From Amphiscolops sp. MND2022 (lineage: Eukaryota), in assembly GCA_964187785.1 (NCBI GenBank), contig OZ076409.1, positions 22,880,001-22,944,000 of the forward strand: DNA of 64,000 nucleotides, in the 5' to 3' direction. Under the pieces are notes generated by a model, which worked only from the letters and a program-made list of their open reading frames with translations, was not told the DNA's origin and did not search any database. Shown piece after piece: positions 36,683 through 47,968 of the stretch. Both the position numbers and the translations under genes were made by a program. Each line of letters starts with the position of its first letter. Position 1 is the stretch's first letter.

Positions 36683-39600
36683 TCAGTTTTTCTTGCTTTT
36701 CGGAGCTTTAGCAACCACTCTCTTTGAAGTGCCCTCTTGGGTCGACTCTGAGCAACGACTAAGACTAACATTAAGTGTACCCAATGAAGGATCAGGGGAT
36801 GGGGAACTATGTACACTGCTGCGGCGACTCACACTTGGAGTTGTTGAAGTAGAGGAAACGGTAGTTTTCTCAGCACGTAGCACAGCTTGTCGGTAACCAG
36901 TTTCCAATTTACCTTGGAGAGAAGTTTTCCGGGCATTGCTTCCCTTCAGGAAATTCCAAACCGAGAACTTTTTGTCCAATAACAAATCAGTCCCACGTCC
37001 CAACAGGCGAAAAGCACGGCTGATCGCCTTGGAATTTCGAAATAAGCTGGAGACGTGTGGCACAGTCTGATATGCTACCTGAAGACTAAACACACAAGAT
37101 TCAAACGTATGTTTATCCGACTCAAGATCTGGCATAGGTACCTTGAATGATGGCGGTATTTCCACGAATGGAACTAAACAAAGACACGAATGTTTGAATA
37201 GTCGCATCAACTCGGGTCTACACTGGATTTCATAATGTTCAACGACAAACTGAATCCAATCATCATGCTCTGGTACGGGGCTTGTCCTCAGCTTGGTTAC
37301 GAAGGAACGATACTGGCTTATCTGCTTCACCTTGTCACTAGAAGAGAATAGTCCGGTAGAAACAAAATGTGAAGACAACTTTTCAATCGCATCAACATAC
37401 ACGTCTTCTGGGCTCTCGAGCATCACCGAGGAGTCAAAAGCAGAGAGTCCCCGCAACAACTTTGACTTTACAATCCCGTGACCCATCAACTGTTTGCAAT
37501 AAGCCTTGCAGAAACTCACTGACTGGTCAATAAAATTGCTTGGCCGAGGGAGTTTACTTGAATACACCAAACGGTGAAAATCCTCATTCAAGACGAAGTC
37601 GTCTGCTGTTTTAAACGGCAAATTAGTTGAATCCAGGTCCAAATTAAGATAAGAATCCCATTCCGAGATATTTCCCAAAATGCTGTCAGGAAGAATGTTC
37701 TGCATCTGACTGTAGATAAAAACCGCAAATTGGTTGTATATGCGGAACCCTCCATCAAGTCGTTTCTGTATGTCCGAAAACGCCGAAGTATCTAAAACAC
37801 ACAAAAATCATCTATTATAGAAACCACGCATGCCTTCATGAAGAAGAGAACTAATCACGCATAGTACACGCTTTTGATAAGCTTGATTAAACACATCATA
37901 TAGCTCAATGTATAAACACCAGGGCTATAGGGCTTTACGCGGTTCAGAGAACAATGAATACTCGACACTATGTTGAGTAGGAGATATTGACTATGCGGTC
38001 ACTATGCGGAACGAGTAGTAGTGATTATACGTCACTATGCGGAATCAGCAATGCAGCTGGATTTGGGAGTTCTGAGCAAATACGATTGGTCATACGCAAT
38101 TATGCGGATTGAGAACTGATGATTACTCGTGATTATTCAGAAGAAAACAAAAAGCACGTGTCACTTATGATGAGTTAAATGAATGACAATCCTGATGTTC
38201 GAAGTTTTGGAATGAGATGGTACTTATAGTACATTACTCCAAAAAGAGGAAAACAACGTAACAAAAGATGAAACCGCTGTTATAGTATAAAGATAAATTG
38301 ACTAACAATGGTCAAGGACACATCTGATAATGAACAGACGGGCCAGATAAGCTGTGTCTAGACGAAAACACTCGTCCAGCGTATTGGGCTGAAAGGGAAA
38401 AGATTAAGAAATGGATTCAGATTACAATGGAAGGAGCTGGGATAATAATACCTACCTCTCTCATATGGAATCGATAGATAGGAAGGCAGGCAACTTGTTC
38501 TAGGTGATCCTGCACGTGATTCCAGTTGTTGGAAAGCTGCTCAATCAAAGAAGAAGCTTCAGAAAGGGAATAGCTCAAGTTTGTCACACACTAAACAAAA
38601 TAGGGGAAGATGTGCAAAACATCACAATGGAAAAGAAAAAAACCAAAGTTGAAAACCTACTTTGTGCAGAAGGGGTAATTTCTCCAGCCAATCTCTGTCT
38701 AGCGCAGTCCGCAATTTCATCAGTAAATAATCCAAGATAGAACGAAAATCGTGTCGTTCTATGACCTGAGCGGTAGGGCCTGCTAATGTTCGCTCAAATT
38801 CGTTCGGTCCAAATGGGTTGACAGTCGAAGGGGGCTTTAATCCGGGCAAACAAGACGATAGACAATCATTTAATTTGTCACTGAATCCAATGAGGGATAC
38901 ACAATTTGGGAATGTTTCGAACAGACTGAGAAAGGAAGCCACGAGAGAAAGGACTTTCCTTGGTAATAACATTCCCCGAGGGGCGCCCCCTATGCACACT
39001 CGATACAGCACATTCTCGGCCCAAAAGCAAAGAATAACGTATGTGGCAACAGGAGTATGTTGTATGGCCAATGAATAGTACCCCGAAGAAGATATAGACC
39101 GTACACAATAGTCCATGAGTTCTCGGAACATGTAGACTATGATACCCTGCAAACAAAGAAAGTGTTAAGGTATTGGAAAATGGGGAAACCTTCAACTTAT
39201 AGTGTAACTTCAAGGTAATTGAAACTTTTAACGAAGGAGAAAGAATATGGTTAAATCATTGTGTGTTAAAAAATTCACAAAGAAACTTACGAAAAGACGT
39301 TCATTGCTCCAGTTCTGATACGATAGCCGATCACTTGCTGTAAGTCTGACCAACTCGTCATACATTCCGGTCAAACTGGCGACGTTACCTCCGTGCCTTA
39401 ACCCAAATTCCAGAATGTTTATCTGCGAGAATATCTTTTCAGTTGGGGTTGTGGAAGCACTAAAATCGGGTACTGAATCTTGTCCTACTAGAGGTCGGTA
39501 CGTATCCAATTGAGGAGGAATTGGGTAGGTGTCCTTCGCCTTCTTTTTGGCTTCCTGTAGTGAAATTCCAAGCAATTCATGTTCGTCTTTGTCGTAAAGG

Positions 39601-40994
39601 GGCATTCCTGGAATCTCCATGCGGATTCAGTGTTCCCTTACTAGGTGAGATTCGGACCTGTAATGGGATATCAGTTCCAGACTCCCACGACTCATCAACG
39701 ATAATTCAACACGGCACACCCTACACCACCACTTGTAAGGTGATAACTCTTGATCCAGTGGACCTGTGGCAGAGAATTTCAAAACTGGGTGTCTTTTAAA
39801 CATACTACCAGTTAAGGAGTATCTAGGGCGGCGTCGTTTCCCCCGTACTTCAGGGAGATTACGCTCTGAGTAAGTCGGCGCAGTTCTTGAAGTAGATTGG
39901 ACAAGTGCTTCTTCTTGGCTTGATGTAGTCAATAAAGCAGATTGCGGTACATCATCCACCAAAGTAAGTGCCATAGTGTCTCCACATCCAGTCTCTTCTC
40001 CGGTGATGAAGGCTTGTGGGATCCTCCCAAGGAAATTGTGGAGAAATAAGACCTCCTGTCGAGTTACACTAACATTGGGGAACTCTGATCTGGGAATGTT
40101 ACCCAAGCCTTCCGTGTCATGACCAATTGTTTGTCCTTGGTCATTAGCCGTGCTAAGAGAAACCGTGGTTTCGGGTATCTGCCCGGTAGTGAATCCTGTT
40201 GCACCATCCTCACTAGGAGTGACGTACTGTTCAAACTGAAGAGAATGTATTTGAGAATTACCCTGCGTGATGAAATCATCAAGTACCCCTTGAGGGAACG
40301 TCGTCATTGGCTCATTCATAGCTTTCGTTGGGGTAACGTTCACAAATGGCGGCGAATTACTTCGTGAAGCTAAATCCCCTTTTTGACTTGGGTTACCCTG
40401 GGAAGTAACTCCAGGAGGCTCTGTGGATGTATGTCCACTCGGTGGCTCACCTGCTACTTCTTCATTGATCTGCAAAGTTGGGGTATTGGGGGTATCCACT
40501 TCCTCTGTAGCCTTAGAAGTCTGTGGAGTCACAACGTTCAAAGATGTGTAGACTTTGGCAGGAGAGTTGTTTGAAGTGGTTTGGACGTTTTGGGACGATC
40601 CTTGTTCAACTGAAACAATTGATCTGTTGATTAACAAAAGAACAGATTTCACAAGCAATAACCGTTCTTAACTGCCTTGAACCGGACGCGGGGACAGGAA
40701 ATAAAATTGGAACGGAAGTTGTTTTAAAATTGGAAGCGGAAACGTTTCAAAAAATTTGAACTTGACAAAGATAATAATCTTGTCATTTTCTTTTTGCTAG
40801 CCTGGCCAGCTTTGCAAATCAACCAAATTCAAAACAAATCAAAATGAAACAGAATTAAAACGAAATACGTTGAACTTACGGGATGACGTCTCAGGCGGCG
40901 GATCACTGTGCCAGAAGTCGTCACGTTGCAGAGGATCATAACTCTTCCGGGATCTTCTTTTCCCTCCGGGGCTTCCCTCTTGTGGTGAATCCAT
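36683..40994 (-). CDS. Antisense six-exon gene, about 1081 aa, Zn finger plus hAT-transposase-like body; one in-frame TGA at 39627-39629
   Basis: Exons 40994-40880, 40609-39291, 39146-38661, 38590-38456, 38388-38307, 37791-36683. All five introns are GT..AG with pyrimidine tracts; phases 1,0,0,0,1 join in frame (3246 nt, 1082 codons). WWCRVC...LISHYRSESH motif. The last exons are homologous to element B. Confidence 0.82.
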
Positions 40995-42440
40995 TCTTTT
41001 TTACAGAACCAGGAAGTAATTCAGGAAAATTCTGATGCAAGCTCAGGGTATTTGTTCCAGAAGTGAACGAGGAGAAAATACAATAGATCAGAGTAAGGAA
41101 ATTGAAAACAGATAAAAGGGGAACTAAAGATGAAGAATCCAAGATTTGGAAGATTGTGTTTAATATACTAGAACTTTAACTGAACAGACTAAATGAACTG
41201 GTAAGAAACTTGAAGATTCAAAAGAAACAGTAAAAGGCGTGGCGTAACGTAAATGCAATAGACAAAGGCAAAAGAGCAAGTGAAACAATTGTGCGCAAAT
41301 ATGCGTAGAGAATACTGCAATATGATTGGCTGTTCAAATGTCAATTACGTCTGCCAGCGTAATTGATTGACTCATCTGACTTCTGCCAACAACGTTGGTA
41401 TACATATATGCTGAATGGAATGAATTAGAAAGCGAGAGTATGCGGCAGTATGCGGATCTACCACCAACGACCACTCGACAATATGCGTATTACTGATTTA
41501 AATTATGCGGCAGTATGCGGATCTACCAATGATGGATATACGGCAGTATGCGGATTGAGCATTGACGTATACTCGACATTTAGCGGTTTTCGCTGTATGC
41601 ACGACAGAGATGAATTAACACCGTAGACCAACAAGAATGAGCAAATGGAGTGATATTACGTAATGGAACTGAAGAAACTGTGTGTTTACCACAACTGAAA
41701 GTTGAGTGGCAATATTGATATACTGTATACGTGCTTAGTTACCCTCTTTAATGACGTTTAGCCTGTGATACCAATGCCCATTTGGAACCAATATGTATGT
41801 ATGTAATAATTTGAACTGTTGGCGTTTTCTGAAACCCATAAATCATTTACCAAGAGATACTGGAATTCACCCGGAACATTAATTAACTGTACTTGCATTT
41901 TAAATGCAGGACTAACATTATTGGGTGTCTTTCCTAATGATAAAATTCAACTCACTAACGGACCTTAGATTAGATTGGAACACGTTTATTAACATCCTTT
42001 TCCTTTTATAAAATAGTCATGTAAAATCAAATAAATTGATTCTGAATTACTTTATTGAATATTTTCATGAAAGTATTTTGTTTTCAGCATCCCTGATATC
42101 AAGTCAAATTTGTTTATGTACGATTTAAATACTGGTGGAAGGTTAAGAAGGGTGATGATAAAAGGAAATCAGTTGGAGTGCTAAACGTGTTACCTTTTAT
42201 GGAAGTTGTTTATGACCAATTGTAAAAGGAACTCGTGATATGAGTCTAGGTGGAAACCCCATGTAAGGGTGTTTAGGAACCTAAAATCATGACTCTCAAT
42301 TTTTCCGCGGGTTTTCCGCTGAAAACGAAAAGTGCGAGAAACTCCATCATCATATGGTCCATATTAAACTGTGATTCAGTTGCTTTCAATTTCGAACTCT
42401 ATTTCTGTTCATCTATAAATTTTCAACTAAAACCTGAAAA
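40995..42440. promoter_or_regulatory. Candidate internal bidirectional promoter region between the antisense gene and ORF X
   Basis: Non-coding interval between two divergent ATGs, with clustered TATGCGG / ACTCGACA motifs (41436-41590) also found in the LTR. Function is inferred. Confidence 0.5.
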
Positions 42441-43496
42441 ATGGACTCACTGCAATTTAATCTCGATGAGGATCTGGGCTACTCACCCATCTCCCCTGAC
42501 GTGATAGACATCTCCAGTGAATCTGGGGAAGAGTTCATTGTTGAACCTGGCAACATTGCCCAGCTAGACGAAAAGTTCAGGGTCAATACAATGGGATCAA
42601 ACATCATGACAGCTTTTGTGGGCTCTGCAACTGCTTCTTTGTTCCCCCCTTCAAACTACGTGGGACAACAAGAATCCATCAATACTGCAGGAACCCACAT
42701 CGAAAGGGAAATCATGGAGTTGATAGAGGAGGGCCCTTCCTCTTCTCCAGCATCTCCGCTGTCTTTCATCGATTCAGAATTCGAAGGACCGGGTACTTCT
42801 CCAGTAGCAATTGCCGCAGAACCCAGAGCACAGCTTAATAATTATGGTCGGCCAACTGCAGCAATACTGCCCACACCAAGGGTCCCATTGCAACCGCCAA
42901 ATGAAACTGTTAGACCAGTGCCGACTTACCCTTCAAACTATGTGCAGAATGTCCCTAATTCTCACCAAGCACAGACAGTGGACACAAGCACAGAAGGGGC
43001 TACTAACGTACCAACATATGAACTACAAGGAATTTATCCGCAAGCCGCATTCATCCCAGAAGAATTAACACACCCTGTTACGAATGACATTACACCAGTA
43101 GTGATACATCTGCCCCCTAGAAACATGGGAATTGTCCCCGCCAACTTCAATGGTCAATTCCACCAAGTAGTCCAAGCTGGATTTCCATTCAACATTCTAC
43201 ATAGTACTAACATCCTTATGATACCAGGCAATGAGAGACAAAATTTCAGATTGTTCCCAACAGTTATGCCAAACGTCTCCGGATATTGTGACTGGTGTGG
43301 CCGTACCTTTGATCAAGTCGCACTGGAAACATTGGGGGACTATCTTGGCGCTACCGCTTACAACGAGGAAACAGTCAGGGACCGTGGGGTGCGTTCTAGA
43401 GCCTTCATAGATGGTTTTGAAGCGGCGTTGTTTATCTTCAAAAATGCAGGTCTGTCGCGGCCACAGCGTTGCGATGGGTCCGGTGTGCACCAGTAA
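42441..43496 (+). CDS. ORF X, unknown accessory protein (351 aa), ends inside the 3' LTR
   Basis: ATG-initiated long ORF in AT-rich DNA: acidic/Ser N-terminus, Pro/Gln-rich middle, C-terminal CDWC...CDG region. No obvious signal peptide or TM helix. Confidence 0.75.
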   Translation: MDSLQFNLDEDLGYSPISPDVIDISSESGEEFIVEPGNIAQLDEKFRVNTMGSNIMTAFVGSATASLFPPSNYVGQQESINTAGTHIEREIMELIEEGPSSSPASPLSFIDSEFEGPGTSPVAIAAEPRAQLNNYGRPTAAILPTPRVPLQPPNETVRPVPTYPSNYVQNVPNSHQAQTVDTSTEGATNVPTYELQGIYPQAAFIPEELTHPVTNDITPVVIHLPPRNMGIVPANFNGQFHQVVQAGFPFNILHSTNILMIPGNERQNFRLFPTVMPNVSGYCDWCGRTFDQVALETLGDYLGATAYNEETVRDRGVRSRAFIDGFEAALFIFKNAGLSRPQRCDGSGVHQ

Positions 43497-44973
43497 GAAA
43501 ACAAACAACGCTTGTTAAAAACTTCCAAAACCCAAGGACTCATTTGCAAGTCATGTAGTTTGTTTGTTTTGTAAATATTTGTTGTAATCAGGGTCATTTA
43601 GTTGATTTATTTTGTAAAACTGATGTCTTAAAATGATTTGCCAAACCTTAAGAGGATTTAATGATGTTTTTAATTATTCCTGATGATCCTAATGCAGTGC
43701 TAATAGTTCATTTTAATTAAGCAGTACCAATTGTATACGACATTGTGCGTTTTGAGTGCTAATGAGTATGCGGTACTATGCGCATATGCATCTTTCTGAT
43801 TTTCATTATGCGTCACTATGCGGTTTGAACAGTGACATTTACTCGACACTATGCATCTTTCTAACTTTCATTATACGTCACTATGCGGTTTGAACAGTGA
43901 CATTTACTCGACACTATGCATTTTTCATTATACGTCATCCTGCGGTCTGAGGAACAATGAGTGCTCGGTACTATACGTTTTTCGCTATGCTTGCTTTAAT
44001 ATGAAGGATTAACTTTGCATTTCCATATACAGTAGTATAAGTCCATGATATATCATTGTTTAACACCTTTCTAGGGTATTATAAACCTCGTTATCATTTC
44101 TGAATGTCATGGAAGGTAACTCATGAGATATAAATAGGATGACGACATTCTGACGAAGTGCTATTATTAGTTTTTCCTAAGAATGATGCTTGTAAAATTG
44201 CGTGTCATCTTTTGTAATTTTGTACTTTCTTGGGGAAAAAGGAGCTAACACAACTGATATAACTTTCTTCAGAACCAGTTTGTTCTCTGATAACGATTAC
44301 AATTTTTGTGCTACATTTTGGGATCTTTGAACATTTCAAATTGATTTCCTTTGAATATTTGCCTTCAATTCAAATTCTTGACCCTGCAAAACAATCATTT
44401 TCTCTTGAGCGAAAATGGGCAATAAGAGAAGTAGAAGGTCTAGAAGACTAGAAACTCCTTCCCCTAGCAGAGAAGAAGGTGTTGAAACTCCAAACCCAGG
44501 TAATATGACTTTAACTAATTCTAACTTAGTTGACCAAGAAAACTTAGGTCCCAATATCTTGGAGAATCAAATAACTGAACCCAGCGTAATTAGCAATGAA
44601 ATACAAGTTTGGACACAAGAAATGGAAAAGAGAAACAATGACAGAATAGAGAAGATGAGGGAAGAGATTGATAATAAATTCGATGCAATCTTAAGAGAAA
44701 TCAAAACTAGTAAAAATGCATCTACAATCACAAACCCAAGATCAGAATCTAATGAAACACAAAACAATCAGCCGTCGGGATCCAGAAATAGGTCTATAGG
44801 AGTTCGCGCATCAGAAAATGAAAACTCTGATTCTGAAAATGAAGATAATCATCCCATCAGAGCATCGAACATGCATGAATTAAGAGACCCAGCAAGACCC
44901 TTTTGCCAAAATAGATTTGAACTAGATGAAACATTAGTTCCAAATGAAGACTCTGAGGAGGAGGATTATCACA
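43453..44973 (+). repeat. Element A 3' LTR (contains a second copy of the gag leader ORF 44415-44996)
   Basis: Direct repeat of 28937-30457, followed by TSD GCTGT. Confidence 0.97.
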
Positions 44974-47505
44974 GCTGTGGGGGATCCTTAGTGTGATTTC
45001 GAGGTTCTGGACGTCTGTTTTGTTTCTTGTTTTTTTCGTTTTGGACGCGCTTTTGAGGTTCGAGTTCGAAGTTGTTGAGGTTTGACGTTGTTGAACAAAT
45101 GAACAAAAAAGTGGACCTTACGCGTCTAAAAAATATAAAAAACTACCCACTGTAAGAGTCGGGTACATTTTCTACTAAAATGCGCCGACTAAAAAAGGGC
45201 ATTACATATCGAGATTGACTTCAAACGAGGACCAGTGTTTCGGATTTCAAAGTTTCCAAAACTATTTCCATACCACGTCTCCCTTCAAATGTTTTTGAGG
45301 CTCATACGCTGTCACTCTTTGTTCTTCCCTTGTTGAACATGCTTGAACTTTTTTCATGTACTTTAATGTTGCCAGCAACTTTTGTTATGATAATCTAAAT
45401 ATCTTACGGAAACTTTAATGCGTTAATATTTCCCTGTTGTCGCCAACTTTTATCAAGCTGCTTTAAAGAATCATCAAAGTTTTGGCGGCAATTTCAAGCT
45501 GTGAAGTTCTGCAAGTTCCAATATGCATCAGTTCTAATTTTAAATGCAGCTTAGACCTCAACAATTTTGCCGCCTTTTAAATGCAAATTAACTTCATTCA
45601 CAATGTAAACAGCAAACTAGCGTCATCTTCAGCGTCCTATTTGAGACGCGGTGATTGAATCAATAAAAAAAGGGATCACAACGTGATCGTGTCCGTAAAA
45701 GAAGGGGGAAATATTTTCAAATTTAATTGCAGTAATGGAAAATGCAGTGTAATTGTACAAGATTTACCACCGGAACCTTACTGAATTTTCTAGGTTTTAT
45801 AAAAAATTACCCTGCATGCAGGCCTGCAGCATGTAAATAGTTCCAGGAGTCTCAACTAGGGTTATATTTTCAAGTCGAAATATTTAGTCCTCATGCTACT
45901 GTTTTGAAGATGTAACTGAGAGATGCATTCATGCACCCTAATGCTAGCTTGTCAGCAATATCAATAGTACGTTATTTTCAGTGAAAGATAATCGGCAACA
46001 ATTTTTCGGGCATTAATCAATTTTTTTTCGTAATCACAAAAAAATAGAATCTTGTTTTTTATGATTCAAATTATTGGATTTTTAATTGCTAGATATTTTA
46101 GTTTATCGGCGACTCTTTTTTGACGCTCCGTGGAAAATTGGCGAATTCGCACTTCGTTGAACTGTGAAGCCATTGGTTACTTTGCGATAAGTTTTCCACC
46201 AGCAATTTCGAACCAATTTTGACCAAACACAACATTTATGAAAGGCATTATCAACGGCTTCATGATTCCACGCACGTTTTACGGTCTATCTCAGTTATGC
46301 AATCTACTGAGATAACTGACTTCATGTCAGCAATGAAAAGAAACGTAGTCAAGTAAAAATATGTTACGTTCTCAAAAACCCTACCAGCTTATTGAAATCG
46401 TAATGTCAAGATCGATGGTTAGACTTTGAACCATATTTCGATAGATCAATGTTGCATTTGCCGTACTTCAGATGTTGGATTTTTATTGAGTTCTGAAGAA
46501 TTCTGAAATTATCAAGTTAACTCAGCGTTTAGATTTTATTAATTATGAATAGGGATATGAAAAGTTCTTCACAATACAAAAGATAAAGTGAATACAATGA
46601 AGTAAAATCCGAAGTGCTATGGAACTATCAAAAATTTAAACCCTAATTCAGAATGCAAAGGTCATCTAAGGTGAACAGGTCCTTGTGCTTCAAGCCCCAA
46701 GAGGCCACAGAATTTCCATTTGAGTTTAAATCGAAAAAATATCTTGAAAAACTGCAAAGTGTATGAAGAGTGTATTTTCATGGCAGCAAAACGTGAAACG
46801 TGAAGACTTCTCAAGAATTAATTTTCTAAAGAAAGACTACATGAAATCAAAAGATAAATTCAACATTCAACGTGCTGACTTAGCGTTCGGATGGATTTCC
46901 TACATCAAGATGCCAGCAAAAATTTAGGGTTCTTCAAAAAGGCTACTGGAGAAAATTTTCATCGATCAAATGATTTTTTGTTGACTGGCTAGACTTTTTG
47001 TGGCACCGATACATTTCTTTACAGTTGAAAAATGTTAGCTGAACTAACAATAATTGTATGCAATAACCCATATTGTTTTCCAAAATCTGTGAAATTAGCA
47101 AACTTTTTCGGTTAATCAAAAAAATTAAACATGATTTAGCATTCTAAAGTCACCGAGAAACGCTTTTGCAAAACTCATTTACAAGCGAATTAAGAAATTC
47201 TTAGCCTAAACGACTCTGTCTGCTGAGAAGTTAGAGTGCACACAGACTCGAACAGTATGGTTGCTCTCATTGACGTGAAGTCAACATTTGATTCGGTAGA
47301 CCAAAGCTGGCTCCATGCAAAACTAAAGCGCTCCAAATTACTCGAATATGCAGAAAATTTGCTATCTTCGAGACTATCATTAAAATTCGTGTATCAGGTG
47401 CCAAAGGTCTCAATTGAAGCGAAATGAGTAAATTGTGTCCACGAGGATGAAATTTGGGACCATTTTTGTTTTTGATAATTACCGTCAATATTATGGTGAA
47501 TCAAT

Positions 47506-47598
47506 TATCGTCAATAAAAAGAACCTTACTTTATGGTTTAAACACAAATCAATTGCCTCGAAGCTGGCCATAAAGTAAGGTTCTTTTTATTGACGATA
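47506..47598. repeat. Perfect 31-bp inverted repeat with 31-bp spacer (miniature MITE-like hairpin)
   Basis: TATCGTCAATAAAAAGAACCTTACTTTATGG (47506-47536) / CCATAAAGTAAGGTTCTTTTTATTGACGATA (47568-47598). Confidence 0.9.
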
Positions 47599-47968
47599 CA
47601 GCACTTAAATTATCCACAAAACATAACAATGGTAAGCCTTCTGAGAAATTGAAATATTTTGTTGGGTGAGTTGAGTTGAAACTTTTAACGAAAGAAGCTA
47701 AATTCCATCTTTTGATTTGTTCCACACTTTTAGTAGTTTTTCTGCAAATTTTCAGCGACCGACACTTGTTAAGTTTTTAAATAACAAACTCAGTAATGAA
47801 TGAAAGCGTCGGCTAAAACATTATCGGTTGTAAGGTTCTCGAAACGATGCGAAAAATAAGGATGACAAAAAATTAACTCTTCTTCAGCCTCTTCTTCGTT
47901 TTTTCTCTGCTGTCGCATCCGATCTGTGTATCACCCTTCTCAAAATTTTCCATGGAAATAAATTATTA

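Larger units (their letters stand above)
28937..44973 (+). mobile_element. Element A: full-length 16,037-bp Ty3/Gypsy LTR retrotransposon with accessory genes
   Basis: Two 1521-bp LTRs (TG...CA), TSD GCTGT at 28932-28936 and 44974-44978, intact gag and pol with PR-RT-RH-IN order. Confidence 0.97.
28603..45196 (-). mobile_element. HINE/DINE-1-like element split by insertion of element A (halves 28603-28936 and 44974-45196)
   Basis: Left half carries GGCC hairpin plus AAGTCGGCGC and GGGGGACCC repeats; right half ends AAATGCGCCGACTAAAAAA, as in copy 7005-7899. Confidence 0.82.

Noticed and set aside
39627..39629. Selenocysteine or programmed readthrough at the internal TGA
   Set aside because: No supporting structure identified; a CGA>TGA mutation is simpler.
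40621..40630. Alternative acceptor AACAG at 40624-40628 for antisense intron 1
   Set aside because: Gives phase 2, incompatible with phase-1 exon 1; the TTTCAG acceptor at 40610-40615 is in frame.
42441..43496. ORF X as an envelope gene
   Set aside because: No signal peptide, furin site plus fusion peptide, or transmembrane anchor is evident.
28937..44973. DIRS/tyrosine-recombinase element or true retrovirus as the explanation of the odd layout
   Set aside because: Direct TG...CA LTRs, 5-bp TSD and a DDE integrase after RNase H indicate Ty3/Gypsy; no YR or env seen.
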